From the IMG/VR virus record IMGVR_UViG_3300029286_000013: DNA of 64,000 nucleotides, one strand, 5' to 3'. Below, piece by piece: positions 42,801-51,800 of the stretch. Under the pieces are notes generated by a model. That model saw only the letters and a list, made by a program, of their open reading frames with translations. It was not told the origin of the DNA and made no database searches. A program made the translations under genes and the position numbers. The stretch's first letter is position 1. Each line of letters begins with the position of its first letter. Source of the stretch: a virus.

Positions 42801-45800
42801 TTGGGCGCAGTACGTGAGAATTTAGACATAGTATCTAACACTGATCCTGCAAATTACAATAGTCCTGATGCAACGAATAAAGGTTCTACCGTATGGGGTC
42901 CGGGACAATTAGGTAAGTTATGGTTCGATACAAGCACTACACGATTTGTAAACTATCATCAAAGTGATGATGTTGTTTATAATAGTAAATGGTGGGGTAG
43001 AGTATTCCCAGGCAGTGACGTTAAAGTATATAGTTGGGTTACCAGTGACGTTGAACCAATCGTATATCAAGGACCAGGCACACCTCGTAGTATTGATGAC
43101 TATGCAATTGAATATAGATTGAATAGCACAGGAGCTCTTGTACCTGTATATTACTATTGGGTAAGAAATACAAACATTGTGTTTAACCAAATAGGAAAAA
43201 CATTATCAGATACTATATGTGAATCATATATAGCTACCCCATTGTCTACAGGTATTTCATATATGGCAGCAATACAACCAAATGTATTTGGTTTATATAA
43301 TTGCGGTAGTAATATCAATGCGACTGATACTGCATTGCATATTGGCTTTGCTACAGGAACAAATGACGATGTTTCGCATAGTGTGTACAGTTTAATACGT
43401 TCTAATTATGCTGATGATTTCTTACCAGGACTACCTGGCATAGGAGATACAGTAGTACCGGAATCATTGTATAACAGAATGCTTGAGAGTTTCAGTGGTG
43501 TCAATCAAACCGGCGCTGTTGTTCCTGATCCGTTCTTACCAAAACCAGTACAGAGTGGTATATTAGTACGTCCTCGTCAAAGTTTCTTCTACAATAGATT
43601 TAAAGCATTAGAAAACTATTTGCAATTCTATAACACAGTATTAGCACAATATCCATTAGCTGAAACAAGCAGTTTGAAATTCTTATTCACAGAAGGTGCA
43701 ATCAATCCTTCTACAGTTGATAACCCAAATTGGCCTGGTGCACCAGAATTATTCTACAACACACAAGATTACTGGGAATTAATTAACTGGTGGGCACCTG
43801 GATATAATGATAATACTAAGTCTGCTATGTTAGTGGAATCATATTATGATTTAGCTCCAATCAATGCTCAACTTGGACTAATTGTTACTGTTAATAAGAA
43901 TGGTGACGGATTACAAGAAACATATGTGTATGATGGCATTGAGTGGGTCCGTATTGGATTGCAAAATGGTACAATACAGTTTAGTAGTTCATTATGGGAT
44001 TATGCAGAAGCACGAATAGGATTTGGTGATAACTTTTTTGACACGACACCTTTTGATACCTTCCCAAGTGAAGAAACACGTAGTATTATTCGTGCAGTAA
44101 ATGAAGAATTACCTAGCAATTTATTATTGTTTAGAAATAAATCATTAATTTTGATGTTCAATTATATTGTTAGTGAAACAATTGAGAGTCAAAATTATTT
44201 ACCATGGTTAAACAAAACGTCATTCATAGATGTTGCACATACCATACGTGAATTATTACCATTAGAAGTATTCCAAAGTGATAACCAAGAATTCTTAGCA
44301 GGTTATTTAAATGAAGCTAAACCTTATCATGTGGTAATCAAAGACTTCTTATTTAAATACACTGGCACTAATGTGTACGAAGGTGAGATAACTGATTTTG
44401 ATTTACCTGCACAATATAACACACAGTTTCAACAGTATATCACTCCTGAATTAGTATACGCTAATCCAAGTAGTATCAATCAATACTTGCCAACTGACCC
44501 TATCTGGCAAACTCAACCATATATCAATTGGTTCAATAATCAAGGCTTAAGCATCACCGGGGTAAATGATTATCCAATCACTTTATTATTATCATATTTG
44601 ACATTGAATAGCATATCAATGGTTGTTGATAATGTATACGGCTTCCCAACTACAGGTGTTATATTAATAGGTGAAGAGGAAATTGCATACAGTAGTGTTG
44701 ATAGAGCATATAGCACATTGAGTGGATTGACTCGTGGAGTTAACGGTACTACCATAACAAATCATCTCCCCGGTGAACAAATTATCATTGACTTACCTCC
44801 TGTGTTGTTATTAAATGGCGGTAGAGGTTATGCTGAACCACCAAAGGTCACTGCATATATTGATACAACTATATATCCAGCACCAAGACGTGCGGCTATA
44901 TTACAACCTGTGATGAACTTAGATACGATTCTACGAATTGATGTAATCGATCCAGGTGAAGGTTATCAAGTATTGCCAGAAATTCGAATTGATCCGAGTG
45001 AGATTGTAACATTTGCTAGTACCGATGTTGATGTACTAACAAACACAATTACATTACAAACTCAATTTGTACAAACAGGTGATTTAATACAATACTATGT
45101 AGGTACTGATACCACTGCGGTGGGTGGATTAGATGATGGTCAATATTATTATCTAGCAGTATTAGAAAATACTCCTTTCTATGTTGTTGCATTGTATACT
45201 AGTTACGCAAATGCATTACAAGACCATGATAGAGTCGTACTAACTAATACTGGAACCGGAAGTAATAATAATATTGCAGTAAGTGCCAGAGCAAGTTGTG
45301 TTTCAACTTCTTTACCAACTAGAGAAAATATCATTACATTACGATTTGATAGAACTACATATGATTCTCAAGTAACTGAGTGGGCACCTGACAATTTTTA
45401 TGGTAGCTTTTATGCTGGTTTATTTAATAACAGCACAAGAATTGCAAGTTCTGCTATTACATTAGAACAAACTCAGCCACCGGTTAATGATATTTTGGCA
45501 AGCGCACAAGGTGCAACATTTGAAATACAAGATATTACAAATGACCAAGTGCTTACATGGTCATCATTTATCCGTCAAGTAGGTGAAACAGTAGCCGCAA
45601 ATGATGCAGTGAGATTAACTTACGACAGTACCCAACCAAATGCTTCCGGATCAACAATTGGTTTCTATGTTGGAATGCCAGTTAAATTTGTTGGCGCAGT
45701 AGGTCCAGTAATTACAAATAATACTACCTACTATGTAGCTGAAGTTATAAATGAGAGTGACTTCTCAATATCAACTACAGTTAGTGGTTCAGTACTGCCA

Positions 45801-48800
45801 TTAACTGACTACACCGTTACCGCAGCCGGCTTGTCTTGCTACGCCGGTGAAGTAACTAACACAGCTATTGTTACAATTGCATATCCTGGTATATTAGATG
45901 TAACAGCAACAGAATTAACAACCAACTTCATTACAACTCCAACACTACCAACAGGTACTGCGGGAACTAGTGGCTTCTATGTTGGTCTACCTGTATACTT
46001 TGTTGGAAATGTATTTGGTGGTATCATTGAAAATGAAACTTACTATATCATAACTGTTATAGATAGTGAAACATTTACTATATCAACAACAAATGATCCT
46101 TTAATATTAACAGCAACTAACACTACTGTAACAACTAACTTAGTAACAGTTGGTTCTACGTTAGAATTAAGTGTGAATGACCCGATAATCTTTACTGGAA
46201 CTATGTTTGGTGGTCTTGTTGCAGGTCAAATTTATTATGTTGCAAGCATTTACAATGGTACACAAATTACATTGTCATCTACTATCAACGGACCGGTCAC
46301 AACATTGAGTACTGCAACAGGTAGTTGCACATTAACTAGCCAAACTACTGCGGTACAACTAACAACTGCAACAGGTTCAATGACAATGAACGTTGGACTA
46401 CCAGTAAGCCCAGGACAAGTTACTGGTCAATTGTTTACGTTCTACCCAACTGTAGCTAGTGTAGGTACTGGTGTATCAGGAACTAATGGTAATTTAGTAA
46501 CAAGAGATACAGTAGCCGCTACAAGCAACGGTGATTATTTATATTTGAGATATCTAAGCGGTGGATTAACAAACATATACAACAACTTACCGTTTGTATT
46601 GTCTGAAAGCATCGGCGGATTAACTGCAGGTGACACATACTATGTAGTATCTAACGGTGCATTAGCTGTTGAAGTGGCAAGCTCATCTTCATCTACTAAT
46701 GAATATACATTAGCCTCAGGCACACTAACAACCGGATTCTATATTGGCATGCCAATATCATTCTCTGGTGCGGTATTTGGTAATGTAGTTGCATTAGTAA
46801 CATATTTTATCAATAGCTATGATTTAGGTGGCGACACGTTTACTATTACTGATACAATAGGAGGCAGTGACCTTGTATTAACTACTGACAATGGTCAGAT
46901 GACATTAACAGCGGATAACCCTTATATCACATTGACAGACACATTAGGTGATCCTGCAATCGGATTAACGGATGAAATACTAGAAACAGTCTTTACGCAA
47001 GATCCAATATCTTCGCCAACATTCAATGTTGGTAAGAAATTAGGTGGATATACCATTGATATAGTAAATCCGGGTTCAGGATACACGTTTGATAACACTA
47101 TCACTATTTCTGGAACTGATTTAGGTGGAACAAGTCCATTAAATGATTTGGTATTAACTGTTAGTGGAATTGATGTAATAGTCGCTAACACTAATCCAAA
47201 TTATGATTTCTTATTACCAGTAGAATCAGACGGAAACGTTACAAGTGTAATTGGTTCTGGTACTCCTGCAGGTATAGTACGTCAATATTACTTAAAAGTA
47301 ATTTCTGCAACACAATGTGAAGTATATGCTAATCCTTTATTAAATGTCCCGGTAAATGGTCTAGTATTAGAAACAGAATACACATTGGGTGATTATGTTT
47401 TTTTACCAGAGCCATTCTACTTCAATCAAAGTATTGTTAAGTATAACAACCAAGTATGGCAATGTATTATCAGTAACAATGATAATGAATTCATTATAGG
47501 TAAATGGGAATTATTAAATAGTGGTAGTAGAAAACTCAACGAGTTGGATCGTATCATTGGTTACTATGACCCTACAGTTAATATGCCTGGTGTAGATTTA
47601 ACACAATTGATTGAAGGCATTACTTATCCAAATAGTACATATTTAGATAATGCATTTGCTCCGGAAGATCAATATACATTAGATACTATATTGCAAGACC
47701 AACCATTCTACCCAACAAGTGTAGATACTGTTGCTATTTCTTGGAACGGTACAACATATGTTGCAGCCGCAAATACACCTGAATATTCTGCATCACTGTT
47801 AAGCGTAGATGCATCAAGTTGGGCAATAAACAAATTAGTAAATATTCCAGTTAATGCTTCTGACATAATCTATGCTAATGGATTGTTCGTAATAGTTTGT
47901 GAAAGTGCAACTACACCTATTTACACAAGTACTGATGGTATAGTGTTTACTACTGCCGGCGGAGCCTTCACACCCTATGATGCTACACCCTATTCTATAA
48001 ATAATTACGATTCTACTTTATTATCTGTAGAATCTACTTCACTATCAAGTGTTGCTTATGGAAATGCTATTTGGATTGCAGTAGGAGAAAACATTGTATT
48101 ATCAACTGATACGTTCTCATGGGCACAAGTAGACACATTTACTAATGGATTAGTAAATAATTTAAACAGTGTAACGTATGTAAACATACCTAGCTATGTA
48201 GGTTTTATATCTGTTGGTAATGGTCAAGAGATAATATCCGGATCTACACAAGGAACAAGTGTTATTAAAATCAGTTCTGATGGATACGTTTGGACTACAC
48301 TTCCTATTGTATCATACAAAGGATTTAACGGTGTTACATCAAGCAGTTCAATGATTGTTGCTGTTGGTGAGGATGGTGTAATATATACATCATTGAACGG
48401 CACTAATTGGTTTGGACTAAATGAATCTAACATTATTAGTGTAAACGCAAGCACTAACGTTATTAACGTTGGCAGTACTACTGGATTCCAAGTAGGTAAT
48501 ACAGTAAGATTTACTCAGTCATTTAATGTGATTTCATCCGGTACAACTTACTATGTAGTTGATGTTACTTCTTCTACACAACTTAAAGTAAGCACTACAT
48601 CAGGTGGATCTCCAATTACATTGAATGCAACTAATCCACCTTCAACTACATTTATGTACATCTACCCAACAGGTCCTACATTAAATGATGTGTTGTATGC
48701 TAACTCATTGTTTATGGCTGTGGGTAATACAGGTACTATTAAAACATCATCTGATGGATATACTTGGACGATTAAAACGTCAGGTACAACAAAAGATTTA

Positions 48801-51800
48801 AATGGTATAACATATAACAGTATTGATGGTGAATGGATAGTAGTAGGTGATGATAACGCTATCATTACAAGTACAAATAATGGAAATACTTGGATTAGTT
48901 CATCTGTGTTTGAAACTGCACCTACTGTATACGATGTACAAGGAGATGCATTCACTGCAGGTTATGGTCCAGAAGAATTAGTTCCTGGGGTAGTATCTGA
49001 TAATTTAACAATGATTGTCACAACAAGACCTGGCACTGATTGGGATACGTCAATATACGGACATGCTGGTTACAATGTTGTCTCTACTGAAATAGTACCA
49101 GACTCTGGTCAAACAGAGTTCTCATTTGAAGGTGTTGTAGAGAACCCGGCAAATATATCATTGTTTGATATTACAACTGCAACAAATACTAGTATAAGAA
49201 TTTATGATTTTACTGTTGACTGGGTGAATAAAGTAGTTACTATCGGAACAGCATTAGCAGTAGACCATACACTACGACTAGATGTATACGAAGTAGGCAA
49301 TGGTAATCAACTAGTTAAAGCCAATTCGCAAACTATACCGTTCGTTGATAATATCTCGACTGGTTTTGTTGAGATGCCATTGAACTGTAATTATTCTGCT
49401 GATAGATTTAATGGCTCCGGAGTAATACGACCAAATACTGATCCAAAATCAGTTAACGCAATCGAAACGGATGCGATTGATAATGGCATCGTATGCGAGT
49501 CAGTAGATTATTTTGCGGTAAATGCACCTATAACATTCCAAGGTGCAGTGTTTGGTGGAATAGTATCCGGTACTACATATTGGATAAAGACAATAAGTTA
49601 CATAACTAACAAAATAACTATATCTGCATCTGTGTCAGGTGGTATAGCAGGCCCTACATTTGATGTTACATCTGCTACTGGAATAATGCTTGTAAACATC
49701 CAATCAACAAATGGATTAGTTTGGACGGATCCTATACTTATTCACAACGGCACTAATTTAGTATTAGGCGAACAGGGTATTGTTTCAGAAACAAATAGTG
49801 GAACAAATACTATTGTTGTTAATAGTACCGATCATTATGAGGTAGGTGACACAATTGTGTTCAGTGATGCGATAGATACTGGATCATTCGTTTCGTCTGG
49901 ACTAATAGCACAGCAACAATATTATATTACTTCTATTGTTGGTAATGAGTTTACTGTATCATTAACATCAAGTGGAACAAATGTAACATTAGCTAATGCA
50001 ACTGGTATAGCATTATGCGTTACAAATGACTATGCAATAGCTATTGCAGATGAGGGTATAACAGCAAAGATTGTTTTCGCTAATCAATATACTCAAGCAA
50101 ATGACTTTGTTGTATTATCTGTTTTTGGTGAGACCGCGCCAGTTCAGTATGGATACACAGTCCCAGAAGTAGAGTTATTCGAACTTACAACTGCTGTTAC
50201 TGAGTTTACGTTATCTAATTATGTAGGTGGCGATAATGCCAAAAATGCTATTGTTGAACACAATGGTAGACGTTTAGTAGAAACATCTGACTATACTATT
50301 GATTTCAATACTGAAACATTAAGCTTAAACTTTGGAACAAGTGCAGGCGATACTGTTGCAGTTACAAGCTATAACTTAACTGATAGACAATATCTACATA
50401 CTACGTATGGTGGAACTTTCTCTGGATCAACTACTAATTCATTCTTCATAGGTAGTACAACTCATACACCGGGATATGATGCAAATATAACCGCCGGACA
50501 ATTCTTAGTAGGTAGTGAGTATGTTATTACTAAAGTTGGAACGACGGACTTCACCCTAATTGGTTCAACTCAAATAAATGCCGGCTCGTTCGTTATAGGC
50601 ACTTCATATACTATTGATGGATTAGGTACTACTGACTTTACATTGATCGGCGCCACTCAAGTGGCTGCTGGCTCGTTTGTTATTGGAAATGTATATATTA
50701 TAAATTCAATCGGTACTACTGATTTTACATTAATAGGTGCATCGTCAAATACAATTGGTCTGGAATTTGTTGCAACAGGCGTTGGTACAGGTACAGGCAC
50801 TGCTTTAAACAACATTTTTGTAGCTACAGGAATAGGATCAGGAACAGGTACTTCACTTGAAAGTTTGTTTACTGCTAGTGGTGCGGGTACTGGAACAGGC
50901 ACTGCGGCAATTGGTTTTGATGGCGGAGTAATAACTACTGCTGGATCGTTTACTATAGGTGCTACCTATGAAATATTGACAGTTGGTACAACAAACTTTA
51001 CATTGATAGGATCAGTTGACAACAATGTAGGAACTATGTTTACAGCAACTGGTGTAGGCACCGGAACTGGAACAGCCGGCACCGGATTGTATAGTCCAGG
51101 ACCTGACTACTTAACTTTAAGTTCAGGTAACACAAATTCATTGAATATTAATGACGCTATCACATTTACTGGTACAACATTTGGTGGCATCGTTGCTAAC
51201 CAAACTTATTATGTAGTAAATATTATTAGCTCGACTGAATTTGCAGTATCAGAAACACCGGGCGGCTCGGCGATACAATTGACTACTGATTTTGGCTCAA
51301 TGATTGGCATTACTAATCCACCAACAGTAGCGCCAATATCAGGAGTAGACAATCTTATTACCGCTCCAATTACAGTTGGTATAACCAGCACAACGATTAC
51401 TACTAATGTGGTTACTTGTTCTTCCACTATAGGATTCTCTCCTGGACAACCAATTATGTTTAAGCGTTCTAATCCTGCAACACCATATGGTAATATATTG
51501 TGTGACGGAACAGTGTATTTTATTAAAACAGTAGTTAATGGATTTGATTTTACTATATCAGAAACACCTAGCGGACCTGTAATGGTTCAAGTTACTACTT
51601 CAGGCGCAATTCTAGCTGAAGTTAGTGGAAATCCTGCTGTGTCTATTACAACTGGTGTACCGCATAATTTAGCAGAAAATGATATTGTTAGAATTGACGG
51701 AACGTTAGGATCTGTACAACTAAACAATAATACATATTATGCTAAAATTATAAGTGCAACTCAAATTGCGTTATACAATAGTGCATATGATCCTACAGCA